Assembly: GCF_964204645.1 (NCBI RefSeq)
Contig: NC_134032.1
Location: 13,132,275-13,196,274, forward strand
Source: Tubulanus polymorphus
Taxonomy: Eukaryota > Animalia > Nemertea
Length of the DNA: 64,000 nt
Reading direction: 5' to 3'
Shown piece by piece: positions 1 to 13,060 of this stretch (positions within the stretch are counted from its first letter, which is position 1; the number at the start of each line of letters is the position of its first letter). The notes beneath the pieces are model-generated. The model had not been told where the DNA came from. It worked only from the letters and a program-made list of their open reading frames with translations, and did no database searches. Both the position numbers and the translations under genes were made by a program.

Positions 1-3000
1 GATCGATCAATTGCTGTGACTGCATTCGACTTAAATATCTACGGTAGGTTTTACGTAATGAGGAGAGAATCCCACAATGATAATAAAAAGTCCGAAAATG
101 AAACTTCGAGATAGTAGTTTATTTCAACGTTTCGACTATATCCTAATAGTCATCTTCAGGAATAATAATGGATAATAACTATTAGGATATAGTCGAAACG
201 TTGAAATAAACTACTATCTCGAAGTTTCATTTTCGGACTTTTTATTATCATTGTGGGATTCTCTCCTCATCGCGTCAACACGGATATAGTGTTCTACCAA
301 TCGTGAGGTTTAACGTACTTCTCGACATTGCTTGAGGACCAGGTAGACGGGTCTCCCAAATTAGAAAGTGCCAGCGATTTTACGGCGGCCTTCTTTTGTC
401 TGTCGGCTGCGTCGAAAACCATCGAGGACAGGGAACTTACAACCTGCGAGTAAAAAGAAAAGATAACATTTCACGTATACAAGAATTTCACTAATTGATC
501 GAATGCCCGTTGTATAATGCCATCATGCCATATTCGACCTTATTCAATTTCAATAAAAACACCATTCTTCATTCGATGAAGCCATTCCTATATTGGTACG
601 AAAACACATTGACTGGTGTCGATCTTACGTAATTATAGAAATCAGCACTTACCGCAGCTGGTGGGAGGCTTCGAATATCGCTGACATCTAAGGTGGCTAC
701 AAGCGAGCCTGCGCTTTGGAGGGTAGCAGCCGTCCATGAACTGGCAGCACCATATGCTGATTTCAACTGAGCGCCGAGGACGCTTTTTTTCGATGGGCTT
801 TTTATGGAACTTAACGAGCCTTGTAGTGTTTCGATGTTGGCGATAAACGCGGCTCCGCTCATTTTCTCGAGGTCTTTACCGGTCAGTAGGGCGACTGAGC
901 TCAGAGCGTTTGTCCATTCATCGGAACTCCAATTGTCAGCCGTCTTATTCCTCAAACCGGCAAGTTGAGCTTGCTTTTCAGCATCAGTTAGCTATTAGAA
1001 AATGAACGATAATTTTTGAAACTCTAATGAACAGCTTTGAAAAGGTAATTCAGGATACGGTTTAACAATCAGCGATTCACGAGCGGTAACGAAATGTAAT
1101 TATGTAGGCCTGTACAGTAAAAGTTTTTGGTTTTGACGATGAACACCAAAACTTACAGTTAACGAGCAGACTTCAGCTTTCAAGGGGCCGAAAGATGCGT
1201 GGCTGAAACCAGCGGTGGCTAATGGATTTCCGAAACCCGTACACAAAGCGCCTGCGACTGCTGGCGGAAGCAATTTGAACCAACCTCGTCGAACGCTGGG
1301 CTGCAATGAAAGATGATTAATTATATTATGATGCAGTGATAAATTCTTTAAGTCTATCAGCGTGACCGCAGGGCTCCTCAAAGCCCGATGCTACTGTGGT
1401 AAGTGAATAGCCACCAGGCGTGCTAGTAGTACGTACGTAGTACTACGCAGTTTGCGGGTGAACCGTACTTCAAACATCTTCAAATATTTCAAATTTGAAA
1501 TTGAACCAGCTTTCCGTGCGAATCAATATATCATCCATCAAAACTATAGTTCAAAATTGATTGAAAATAGTTTTGACTACGTGAAATCCTTTATTAGTTA
1601 ATCGTGGTGGCCATCTGACGGGGGGCTAGCTTGGTAGGTAGATGTGATACGAACGTCCAAATACCACAACGTCAATAAGAAAACGGTGAGGTGCTTATGA
1701 ATGCAAAAGATATCTCAAATAGAGAGGCCGGTTTTCAGCTTACCTTGATGAAAAAATAAAAGTCAAGCGGTATGCTCGCTGTGTCATTGATAGTCAATGA
1801 TTCGAAAGTGACGTTGCCAACGAGGGCTGCGTTGAAAGGATCGGCGGCTCCTAATCTTCCTATGGTGTCGAACATAGTCTTCGCACTGGATTCGTCCGAG
1901 GACTGAATCACTAACACTAAAAACACGACGAATAACATGCATGATAATGAAAAGAAAACCTAGAAGAAACTGTCGTTGTTTAATGCTTAGTGTGAGACAA
2001 AACATTGCGAAAATATAATATTTTTTTTATAATAAACATCCAAAATACACAACAAAGAGAAACAACAGGGAAATAATGAAACTGGAAAAGAAACATGTTT
2101 GATCTCGGAAACATTGTTTACCGAAACTATGTTTCTCGTTTTTTTCGTAAACACGAACGACATAGGAAAACCCTCGGAATCGTGATCCTGTTTGCTCGTT
2201 TTTCCGCGTCGTGTGCGTTGGGTTTTATGAACGTGAAACAAATAAATAATTCATGATAATTCCTCGCGGAAATATATAATTTCTAATAAATCGTGTACTA
2301 TTTAATCTAATAACGAAATTTTGAATCGTTGTGGTGAATTCGTTTCACTTTTCTTTCTTAACTTACTAAATCTCGCGATCAGATTTTCGGCGAGCGCTCT
2401 TCCGCTCAGGTCGGTGATGGTGCTGGTAAATTCGGTGTAGTTTACGAATGTTCGCAGTGGTGGTGGTGTGAATCGTCCCCCGGAGGTTACGGGCGCACCG
2501 GTTGTAGGCCCCACTGTAGTCAGTCCATTTGCAGTAGCCACTGTAGGAAAAAATGATAGAGATGTACGTTAATAATAGAATATAAGCCACACTGGCCTGT
2601 ATGTGGTCAATATAATGGAATCGAAATCCAATTTTTGATGACAAATTCGTTTTCGATCTTAGATTTGCATATATATCATGATTTTGTACAATTAACCTAT
2701 CATTTCAAGTTCAACTTTTATGTACAATACAATAATCTCTAAAATTTTGTTTTTAAAAGTCAGCCGATAATGATAACCACAGTGAGTGTCATTTACAAAA
2801 TTACAGATTGTCACGTGCAAATTTAGTTTTTCAAATAAACGTTTGACTTCATAAATCAAGTAGGAATATCTTAGAAATCATATTCGTTTTTTTCTTATAT
2901 TTGAAAGTTTATCTTAGAAATGGTTTCTTATTCAAACGAAAACTAGATATTCTAAACTTATTATGTTATTCTAATAATATTAAACATCAATAAATTAATT

Positions 3001-3370
3001 TTCTTCGTGAAAATAATGTTGATTCTTAAAGATAGAAATTTGATTTAGGTATTGCTATAAAGAATGCTCTAAAACGAAAATCATGTTATTGAATATATTG
3101 ACGATATCGAATATTCCTTGTCATCCAAAGGTTTACGCACATGTAACAATTTGTAACCTAAGGAAAAGATCTTCGATTTGAAAGATTTTTTTGGAAATTT
3201 CTAACCAAGCGCCATTAGAAGTGATTTTACTATGAAATTCAGTTTAAATCAGAACATAAACGATGAAATGCGGTAAAAAAACATTTAAAAAACTGGAAAA
3301 AAACTTATAAGTACTTACTGAACATAACAGCCAAGACGGCAAAGCAAACCGCCTGATGGTAAAATTGCAT
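1..3370 (-). CDS. 5' portion of an otoancorin/mesothelin/stereocilin-family-like secreted or surface protein (multi-exon, runs off the left edge)
   Basis: Phase-compatible GT-AG exons: 3319-3370 (signal peptide MQFYHQAVCFAVLAVMF), 2367-2540 (Thr/Pro-rich), ~1745-1917 (LVIQSSDESSAKTMFD...), ~1157-1302, ~652-992 (…YGAASSWTAATLQSAGSLVATLDVSDIRSL) and 319-443 (LGDPSTWSSSNVEK). The repeated 'G.xSxWT...L..xG.L...L' helical motif resembles the mesothelin/otoancorin superfamily. Confidence 0.6.
58..270. mobile_element. Penelope-like element fold-back (about 90-bp near-perfect inverted repeat)
   Basis: atgaggagagaatcccacaatg...tcctaatagt (58-150) is the reverse complement of actattagga...ctctcctcat (178-270). 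One arm carries a hammerhead core. Confidence 0.8.
119..165 (-). ncRNA. Minimal type I hammerhead ribozyme (Penelope-type)
   Basis: Minus strand reads TATTC-CTGAAGA-T-GACTAT-TAGGAT-ATAGTC-GAAAC-GTT-GAAATA: CUGANGA and GAAA cores, a perfect 6-bp stem II and a very short stem III. Confidence 0.7.
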
Positions 3371-4377
3371 CTTTCAAGCTTTGCGAACTAAATAAATCCA
3401 AGTAAAAGGTGCGATTTTCTTTTCGTTTCAAGACACGTACGTGGTTTATTTCTACACTGGACTCAGTGAGACTGCTGACACAACGATGGGGCGGCCGCGT
3501 TTTATAGTCGGACCCGGACAGTTTGCTAGGCACCCGTTTAACAAAACAAAAACACATCCGGACAAGTTCAACAATGAGTTCGTCGATTCATGCCAAATTT
3601 TGCCACAGTGCAGGGCATTGATTACGGCTCGCTTGGCCGATCGCGAACAATCGGACTCCTGAATACCACCGAACTAGTCTCAGCTTTTATAATCCCTGAT
3701 TTACTAATTACAGTGCGTGCTCGGCGCATGAACTGGTCATCTTTCCGCCGTGAAATAGACATATAAACATTTTTACTCTTATATGACACAAGCGTATATT
3801 AGAAAAAAAAATCTGAGGCTTTTTTAAGTTGAATACATTATATACTTCGTCCTACTCAGACACGGCCATCTCGGACTTTTGAACTTATTCGGACCAAAAC
3901 GATATCGTATTTCTGGTTTCCTAACGTATTTTCCTCTACATAATCCGGACTTCGCTTACTTCGGACCAGTTTCGCCGGTTCCAGTTTGTTTAATTTAGGC
4001 GAGGTTAACCATATAAAATGCAGACCACACGGTACAGATATTGAATACTTTCAAATGGTATCAATCGGCTCCACGCATTGTTGATCCATTGGTTTAAATA
4101 CATATAACTTTATTAATTTGTTATCCAACAAAAAGACCTTCGCTTGGAAAGATTTTTTTTAAATTTCTGCCCAAAGTTCCATTAAAAACTGGTAGCTGGG
4201 GTAATTATGATCATTCTAATGCTGAAATGGAATGATTTTCATTCATCCTCATCGTTGCACTGAGGAAAGTAAAGAGGGGTAGTTTTTTTACGAGAAGTAT
4301 ATTCAAATAGGCCGTTTCATATACAAACCACGAGACGAATAGTACTTAAGTACCTTATAGATTAACTAGTTTATTTG

Positions 4378-4425
4378 ACGCACGATGTTTCGTTAGTTGC
4401 GCATAAATAGCTTCAGCAGGTGAAT
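4378..4425 (-). ncRNA. Degenerate Penelope-type hammerhead remnant
   Basis: Minus strand reads CAC-CTGCTGA-...-GAAAC-ATC-GTG. Stem I (CAC/GTG) is kept, the core is mutated (CUGCUGA). Confidence 0.4.
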
Positions 4426-5650
4426 GAGAAAACCAAACCAAATAAAAATGATATATTTCTATTTCGTCGAAATATTTGTGTGTCTTTTTTTATTTTTACA
4501 ATAATTCTGAGTAATTTAGATCAGTTTTGATACGAAATCGGCACCCGCCAAAACACATTCGTGTTCAAGTGTTGATTATTTTGCGTGCCAGAGTCGTTCG
4601 ACCTGACATGCAATTAAGCATGCTTTATCAATATGATAATTGGCGGTACTAATTTTCAACACGCATTAAGGTGAATATAAGGTGTTTGAACTTGCGCAAA
4701 ATTACTGCCGCGTGTTGAGCACTCCCTAAAAGCGCGGAGTAGTCTTAATTGTACTGTTCTCTGGGTTGATTACCACAAACTCAAACTATTTCTGTCTCTG
4801 TTTCTAGTCGCAGAATCCAAATTTGGCGTCTAAACTATCGAATGTATTTGGTGATTTTCAAACCAAGAAAACGATAGAACGATATAACGTAAAAAAATAT
4901 GTAAAATAATGTGGAAATCTAAAAATGTATTGAGGTCCTTAAATACACTGCATTATGTTTCAATCTGCTGCCAACACCCTCCTGTCTAATTCGCCTATCT
5001 TCAAGACCTCAATCAGACATCTTTTAATCGAAAATGGAATGGCCTAAAGAAAACTACCGGTAGTTCACGAAATGATCGTCAAGACGTCACACAACACGTA
5101 TCTGGAGGCGACTGTTCGTTTCTCATTCACTTCCTCCCCGAAACGACGTCGAAAACCACTAAAATATCCGTAGGGGCTCAATGGTTAAGGGTTAGGGCAA
5201 ACTATTATTTTGAAAAGATTGAAATTTGCATAAAACTAGTTTAATTGATTGAATAACAGTGTCGTTGTGAGTTAGAGTTAACTCTGGGTCTAAATCAGTT
5301 CATTTTCGGTGAGTTAACTACGAGTCTAATCTAAACTCATTATGGAACTGGGTCCTTTATAACTAATGATTCTCATGGTTTTTCAACGATCAAATAAACA
5401 CGTCATTGCTTCTGTCCTATTGAATTAGACAGTATGGACAGCAAATAAACAATAATCCATTTTGAACTATTCTAGCAAATATGCACAGCAGATACATAAT
5501 GTAACGTATTTCAGTTTGCTCGGACCAACTCAAGAAAATAGAAATCTTGCTTGTTTAAGAGATTTTGATGCGGTCGACAGGAAATATCATTAGGTATGTA
5601 AGTATGACATTTCCACACACAAAGGTCAACATAGCAGGCCCTTCATTTTC

Positions 5651-5783
<133 letters not shown>

Positions 5784-6371
5784 CTGTCAGAACGTGTAGG
5801 ATTTATGAAAAACAATTTAAATCCCATAGAACGCCCGCTGTCCGATCAGTGGACTGTGGTCGGTCGCAGGGTCGTTGCTTATAGCGTCACCCAAATATTT
5901 ACAAGTGTTTTGCGCGTTTCTTAGCAATACGTTCAATAGATTTAATTAAGTCATTGAAAAAAAGGTCACGTCCGAATAATCAGTGGGAGAATCATATATT
6001 TTTCAACCCTAAAACAATTTTGAAAACAAATTTGAGCATTCCGATATATGAACCCGTTTAAAATGGAAAGGTCACAGGATGGGTAGTGCCCCCCAATTGA
6101 AATTGCCGATTCGCAGCAAAATTTATTTTTACGAACTGTTTATCAAACAACGACCGATCGCCCTTGATAGTCAGACGGGTGTACGCTGAGAGTTCTTCAA
6201 TTGATATAACTCTACCCAAAAATGCAAATCAACGCTTCTTCAGCAAGAGCGCGTTGAATAAAAACGCAGCCCGATAGCCACTCAAATGCCATGCGAAAAG
6301 GGACTCGTAAAATTCCTCACAATCAGGTTCAAAAGGCGATCAAAAGAAGACATTTTCGTAATTGTTAATTG

Positions 6372-7086
6372 CCGGACTGTAAGATGTCTGACCGGACTGT
6401 AAGATGTCTGACCGGACTGTAAGATGACTGACCGGACTGTAAGATGTCTGACCGGACTGTAAGATGTCTGCCCGGACTGTAAGATGACTGACCGGACTGT
6501 AAGATGTCTGACCGGACTGTAAGATGTCTGACCGGACTGTAAGATGACTGACCGGACTGTAAGATGTCTGACCGGACTGCAAGATGTCTGCCCGGACTGT
6601 AAGATGACTGACCGGACTGTAAGATGTCTGACCGGACTGTAAGATGTCTGACCGGACTGTAAGATGACTGACCGGACTGTAAGATGACTGACCGGACTGT
6701 AAGATGTCTGACCGGACTGTAAGATGTCTGACCGGACTGTAAGATGACTGACCGGACTGTAAGATGTCTGACCGGACTGTAAGATGACTGACCGGACTGT
6801 AAGATGACTGACCGGACTGTAAGATGTCTGACCGGACTGTAAGATGTCTGACCGGACTGTAAGATGTCTGACCGGACTGTAAGATGACTGACCCGACTGT
6901 AAGATGTCTGACCGGACTGTAAGATGTCTGACCGGACTGCAAGATGACTGACCGGACTGTAAGATGTCTGACCGGACTGTTAGATGACTGACCCGACTGT
7001 AAGATGTCTGACCGGACTGTAAGATGTCTGACCGGACTGTAAGATGACTGACCGGACTGTAAGATGTCTGACCGGACTGTAAGATG
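6372..7086. repeat. 20-bp minisatellite (ccggactgtaagatg[t/a]ctga), about 35 copies
   Basis: Direct tandem 20-bp period with gtctg/gactg variants. It explains the 200-aa repetitive ORF at 6340-6942. Confidence 0.97.
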
Positions 7087-7189
7087 ATAAGTTTTCGAAT
7101 TTCTAAACGTTAGATTTAATTCAATTTATTGACATTATGGCGCATTTGCAGATTCGACCGCTATATCTTTAATTTTCTGAAAATTACAG

Positions 7190-7601
7190 ATAGCTTGCCC
7201 CCTCCAAAAGCTAATTGCCCTACACAGGCAGTGCAATTGGGAAAAAAGCTTTGTGACGTAAAATTGCACTAGCCCGATGGACAAGTAATAATAGCCGCGA
7301 TCACACGAGCATTTTTGGCCCGGGCCAAATTTTAGCACCCGACAAACGGCGTTTGAATAGCATCTGGCACCGGAAATGATCCACTTCGCTTTGTTTGAGT
7401 ATTGTTTAGTACCGAGTGAATGGTTTGCGTGTGAAAGCACTCTCTAATTAGCCACGGGCCAAATTTGGCCCGAGCCTGATCTGTGCCAATATGGCCCGGG
7501 CCAAATCGTGCTCGTGTGATCGCGGCTAATGATAACCTACTTGCCCCTAATGAGAATATGCTTGTCCCGGGCAATCGGACAAGTGCTTAGATCGGACCCT
7601 G
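7190..7601. mobile_element. Truncated copy of the CAGGGTCC-ended MITE (full copy at 32988-33240), interrupted by a nested MITE
   Basis: Matches 33045-33240 (ttgccctacacaggcagt...gggaaaaaagctttgtgac...gtgcttagatcggaccctg) on both sides of the insertion at 7293-7527. Confidence 0.8.
7293..7527. mobile_element. PIF/Harbinger-type MITE with AAT target-site duplication
   Basis: TIRs agccgcgatcacacgagca / tgctcgtgtgatcgcggct are flanked by AAT on both sides. The empty site (single AAT) is visible at ~33170. Confidence 0.8.
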
Positions 7602-7778
7602 TTTTATACGTCCACGATTCAACTAGCTCCTCGGGGCAAGACAAAGCTTTCCAGTAGCGCGCAGTGTAGTCTACAATCTACCACCCGCTACTGATATAAT
7701 AATGGGTTGATACTGACGCCGGGAAGCCTCTCCAGTCGATACAGTTTTGTGCGATGGGCGTGAGGAACCGGTAGACGA

Positions 7779-8891
7779 ATGATGAGCAATTTAAACACCA
7801 CTATTGAGTCAACGGTTCCAACGAGACGAGTATATCATGGAATTTGCGATTGGGCCCAAGATCAACTGCCAATCCGCTGGGAGTTACAATTCAGTGTGTA
7901 CGCGTACATTTTCTTTTACGGACCCGTCACAATATTGGGCATCGCTTTGAACGTCATAACGATTTTCGTCTTGAAAAAGATGAATAAGGATATTTACTAT
8001 TTACTGAAGGTTCTCGCCATTTTCGACATATCTTATTCATCGAGTGTGTTTATCATGTACCCTTTACGCACGGTTCACCTCTATGTACATTTAGGCGATA
8101 CCATTTTGCGAATGGATGACTGGCATTTTGGCTGGGAATTCATAAAAGTTGCGATCGGGCCTTTTCATATGTTACAACTGATCAGAAACTGGTGCGTTAT
8201 TCTCATCAGTTTTGAAAGACTCGTAATTACAATTTTCCCGTTAAAATCGAGATTGTTCTGGACGCGAAAAGTAGTGAATTGTATCATATTCTTGATAACT
8301 ACATTTGGTTTTTTGTGTTTCTTTCCCACTTTTATTCCGGATCGCGCTCTTTTCCACTGGCGTTGTATTCACTACTGGCCTACGCTCGGGCAAGGTCGGT
8401 ATTTCGCTTTCTTCGATCCTATTTTCGGTCGCTGGAAGAGTAGCATGGAGGGCTGGCAGGGCACCATGTTAAACATTGTCGCTCCTATGATCGCACTTGT
8501 CAGTGTGAACGTCATCTTGATCGCGGCTTTGATGGTGATCAAATTTTCACGAATTGGTAAAAGTCGTTCTGCAATAAAGAATCAAACTTCCAACACGTTA
8601 GAGTTACGCGCGTTGAGAATGTCGTTTGCGCTTGTTGCTGCATTCGTCACATGCGAATGTTTACTTTTTACTGAAAAGCTACAGTGGGCTGGGTTTGGGA
8701 TCGTTTATATCCCCATCGGTAATCTTGATGCTGGGGAAACGCTGTTGGTTCGGCGAAAGATCGCCATCGGTCTAACCGTGGTAGATTCCTGTATGAACTT
8801 TTTAGTCTACTGTTTGTCTAATGCTAAATTCAGACTCGCTGTTGTCGAGTTGACGACACAGAAATGTAAACCCCGACGCATTCGGGTATGA
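7779..8891 (+). CDS. Class A (rhodopsin-like) GPCR, FMRFamide/peptide-receptor-like, intronless
   Basis: 370-aa ORF with seven hydrophobic segments. Motifs: TM1 GIALN, TM2 LAIFD, TM3 SFERL, TM7 SCMNFLVY, helix 8 KFR. Confidence 0.9.
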   Translation: MMSNLNTTIESTVPTRRVYHGICDWAQDQLPIRWELQFSVYAYIFFYGPVTILGIALNVITIFVLKKMNKDIYYLLKVLAIFDISYSSSVFIMYPLRTVHLYVHLGDTILRMDDWHFGWEFIKVAIGPFHMLQLIRNWCVILISFERLVITIFPLKSRLFWTRKVVNCIIFLITTFGFLCFFPTFIPDRALFHWRCIHYWPTLGQGRYFAFFDPIFGRWKSSMEGWQGTMLNIVAPMIALVSVNVILIAALMVIKFSRIGKSRSAIKNQTSNTLELRALRMSFALVAAFVTCECLLFTEKLQWAGFGIVYIPIGNLDAGETLLVRRKIAIGLTVVDSCMNFLVYCLSNAKFRLAVVELTTQKCKPRRIRV

Positions 8892-9267
8892 AAATTCTGC
8901 ACATTTTTTAAATTTAAAAAATTAAGAGAACTCAAAGCTTCGAGGGGCTGCTAGCATACAGCGCACAGCCAAACAACGACGATTGCATCGGCCCGATCCT
9001 CTAGAATATATATAAAAAAGTTTATCTAATTTTTTTCTGTTTTGTCTACGCAATAAAATGGTGTCACAAATGCAGCTGCGGAGAATCAAGAAGAAAAACG
9101 ATTATAATTTGATAATAATTTCTGAGCATAAACTCTTGTTGAGCCGGCCAATTCTAGGCGTAATTACGGGTACCATCTCGTTATCTAGTCAGACCAAATG
9201 GAACAGACGCACTCAAAACATCATCGAAAATGGCACAAACAAATTCTGAAGTTAAGAAATCACCTGG

Positions 9268-9374
9268 ACCCAGTTCCACAGTTGTGAGTTAGAGTTAACT
9301 CTGAGTTAAAGTTAGTTCATTTTCAATGTTTTAACCCAGGGTCAAATCTTAACTCAGAACTGTGGAACTGGACC
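9268..9374. mobile_element. Short Harbinger-type MITE family (g[a/g][c/t]ccagttcc...ggaactgg, CWG TSD)
   Basis: TIRs flanked by CTG here and by CAG in the copy at ~15625-15741. Partial copies at ~5265-5355 and ~34910-34965. Confidence 0.75.
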
Positions 9375-9868
9375 CTGCCGAACATCGGATAAAAAGTGTT
9401 AGGTTAAACCAGTTACGATGTGTATAAGAGGCGGCGAGCGGATTACGGGATTTTAAATCGTTGAACTTTTCATTTAGAATGATGTACAAAATATAGCAAA
9501 AATTCATGTGTTTTTACTTCGAGTTTCTCCGTAGCAACCGGCTAGAAGACTGGGGTCGGGGTCCCGGCCGCAAAAGCACTTTCCTCTCGCCAGGACCCAC
9601 GGATTTCACACAGCAGTTCGTCGTTGTTTCTTTTTGTCGATAGGCTAAGCACTAAGGCAATCTTGGGGTACTTTATATTCTAGGTACGGTACAAATTTCG
9701 GGACTAAAAATACGCGCCTCGAGGCTTATAGTATAGGCTCGTTCCCGACGCGCAATATCAAAATTTAACATTATTCATTTTTTTTTTTACCTTGGATAAA
9801 GCTTTAGGTCACACGCTCTTGGTTCTACTACTCAGCTTATTCAATATAGTTTCAATTTAATTTGGTAA

Positions 9869-10082
9869 TCTCATGTAATTAATCATGTACTGTTAACGCC
9901 AAAAGAAGGAAAATAAACCTTCGGACTAAAAAGTGCTATCACGGGATATTGGGTGCCCCTTTTTAAGTTAACTATTCAGGACTCTGCTTCTGCACAGGAA
10001 ACCGATCGTTGGACATATCAGATATAGCCGGTGGTGACATATATATCATATGCCGTCAAAAACGATAATTTCGAATGGCACT
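9869..10082. repeat. Dispersed repeat, second copy at ~23597-23780
   Basis: tctcatgtaattaatcatgta...aactattcaggactctgcttctg...tatgccgtca...ggcact is shared in the same orientation. Confidence 0.75.
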
Positions 10083-12299
10083 TTGAATTTTAGTTCGTAT
10101 TGGGCAATACGGCTAATACGGTCTGTATCCACCCCTGATGGCTATAGTGACAATCAAAAAGAATGCTAATTTCGTAATTACTCTTCGGCTGCTCAACACT
10201 CACTAACCGGTCAACAAGTGTCAGTGTGTCCGGTTTAAAGTGGTAGCTGTATTGCCAATTATCGATGATCATGTTTCCAGACATCCTCGTCTCCGCGTCA
10301 TGTTGGTGGAAATATTGGGTTGAAGAGGTTGCAAGAAAATAAAAGAAAACACTGACTGGTCAACTTACAAAGTTCAGAGTAGCTCTAAACAAATGAAGAA
10401 TTTCAAACAATTATATTTATTATCATACAATAATTATACAAAATGCCAGGTATGTGCTCGAGGAATTATAACGTAAGTTCCTCCAACACGTGGACTGATT
10501 TCAAAAACAATCCAACCATGGACGTATGAACTATAAACTAGAGTTCATACGTCCATGGTCCAACCATAGACTCTAAAACAGAAACGTCTATGGCCCACAA
10601 CCATGGACTCTGAACTGTACGAGTCCATGGCTCCCCGCACTAAGCGTTTATTGAATGACTTTTGTCAATGTTTTGTGAATAGCCGCCTTCGTCTGAATTA
10701 TTTTTCGTATATGTATATTGTTCAACAGTGTTTTTAATCGTATTCATCAGTCATTTCATCATTGAGAGGGAGGGGGAGGCTCGTTCGTAACGCCACTACG
10801 CAGCAGGTCTTAAGATTCCCCTCATGACAGGCGGGTTCTACTACAGACGACCTTTCCACGGAGAATGTTCGAAATTCAAAATAAAACCACGAATCAAACT
10901 AATAAAACCTTTATTGAACTTAAAAAAAAAACAAATACAGCCATATAACAAACAAATTACAATAGAACTTTAATACACGTAGAACTTAATAGAAGATTCA
11001 CTAGTTATTACAACAATAATATCTTTAAATACAGTAGTTCAACAGATACAAGGACTCAACACCGCGTTGGTCACAGCACAGAGATTTAGAAATCCATTGC
11101 ATTTACATGAACATATAAAATGCAACGTACAACAATATGAGAAATGCACATATAAAACATAAATTGAACTAGAAATCAGATATCAATTCATCAGAAATAA
11201 CAAACATATAATTGGACAATATGAAGTTTAGATAAAACAATCAGCATTAACAACGGGCACTATATCTATTAAAGTTGTATAAAGTTTTAGACATTAATCT
11301 ACCTATATATGTACAACGCGCATCTTTGAAGCGATATGCAGCCAGGACCCTGTATCCTCAGATATTCAATATCTTAAATATTTCCAATTTATCCACATAT
11401 GTCGCAAGTGTGACGTTTTTAATCGAAAACTTAGAAATTTCAAATCTTTTTTTAATCAACACCAAACAGTGGTCATGAAGACACTACGACAGCATAACTC
11501 GCTTAATTCAGATTGGTTTAATTCGGATTTTCACTTATTTCAGACAAAAATTCAAGTCCCCTCTAGGTTATTTCTATTCAAATGAGAGAGCACATAATTC
11601 GGATTTCTTTTAATTCCCAGATGATCCCGCGAATTAAGCGAGTTCTACCGTAGAATGGTAAATCTTCCTCTAACTCTACACAGGTCTAAGGACAAATGTC
11701 TAAAACAATTGGAAGAATGGTGACTAAGGCTAAGGCTACTGGTAGTAACAAATATCTAAGGAATGCCAGGACCAGGCTTCAGATTGACAGATGCCTAAAT
11801 AATTAAACTATTATGTACTGAATTGCACAACATCCCTCTCTCTAGTACCAATACGTATATCTTCCAACTACTGAATATAAAGGGAAGGGAAATTAAAAAT
11901 GCGTTCAATTTTACACAGCAGAAAGCATTCGTATTCCATAGAACTATCGATTCGAGTTAGGAAAAGTCTATTCATACCAGTTCAAAAAAGATCTCTACAG
12001 TATAAACATTTGACTTCGACTAACATTAAATTCAACAACAAATAATTAATTGACTGTGTAAATAAAGAAGCACAATAACGTGCTTATTTGAGACATCTTT
12101 TGAGACATATTTGAGACACCCAGCAGACCTTGAACTTGTTAAATCTGATTGATGCAATGACATTGACTATTGCTCCATTGCCAGGTATGAGTAGTAACTG
12201 GGAAATTGACAGAAAGCGACAGAAAACGTGTTAATTCCTTAGGGTCAAGAATAAATGCAATGGCTGTCCTCATGCAGCATTCAGTCATGGGAATTTTCA

Positions 12300-13060
12300 T
12301 TTCAGATTTGTGCCGGATTTGGCCTGAATTCAGAGTTGTATCGGATCTCGCCTGAATTCAGAGTTGTGTCGGATCTCGCCTGAATTCAGAGTTGTGTGGG
12401 ATCTCGCCTGAATTCAGAGTTGTGTCCGATCTCGGCTGAATTCAGAGTTGTGTCCGATCTCGCCTGAATTCAGAGTTGCGTCGGATCTCGCCTGAATTCA
12501 GAGTTGCGTCGGATCTCGCCTGAATTCAGAGTTGTGCCGGATCTCGCCTGAATTCAGAGTTGTGTCCGATCTCGCCTGAATTCAGAGTTGTATCGGATCT
12601 AGCCTGAATTCTGAGTTGTATCGGATCTCGGCTGAATTCAGAGTTGTGTCGGATCTCGCCTGAATTCAGAGTTGTGTCGTATCTCGCCTGAATTCAGAGT
12701 TGTGTCGGATCTCGCCTGAATTCAGAGTTGCGTCGGATCTCGGCTGAATTCAGAGTTGTGTCGGATCTCGCCTGAATTCAGCGTTGTGTCGGATCTCGCC
12801 TGAATTCAGAGTTGCGTCGGATCTCGGCTGAATTCAGAGTTGTGTCGGATCTCGCCTGAATTCAGAGTTGCGTCGGATCTCGGCTGAATTCAGAGTTGTG
12901 TCCGATCTCGCCTGAATTCAGAGTTGTGTCGGATCTCGCCTGAATTCAGAGCTGTGTCCGATCTCGGCTGAATTCAGAGTTGTGTCGGATCTCGCCTGAA
13001 TTCAGAGTTGTGTCGGATCTCGCCTGAATTCAGAGTTGCGCCGGATCTCGACTGAATTCA
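12300..13060. repeat. 28-bp minisatellite (gagttgtgtcggatctcgcctgaattca), about 27 copies, overlapping the zinc-finger gene stop codon
   Basis: Period of 28 bp (e.g. 12361 to 12389). Each unit contains the palindrome ctgaattcag. Confidence 0.95.

Noticed and set aside
6340-7086. 200-aa repetitive ORF or CRISPR-like array
   Set aside because: Pure 20-bp tandem repeat with no unique spacers and no cas genes, in eukaryotic context. The ORF is a by-product of the repeat.
12300-13060. 28-bp palindrome-containing repeats as a CRISPR array
   Set aside because: Units are head-to-tail with no spacers.
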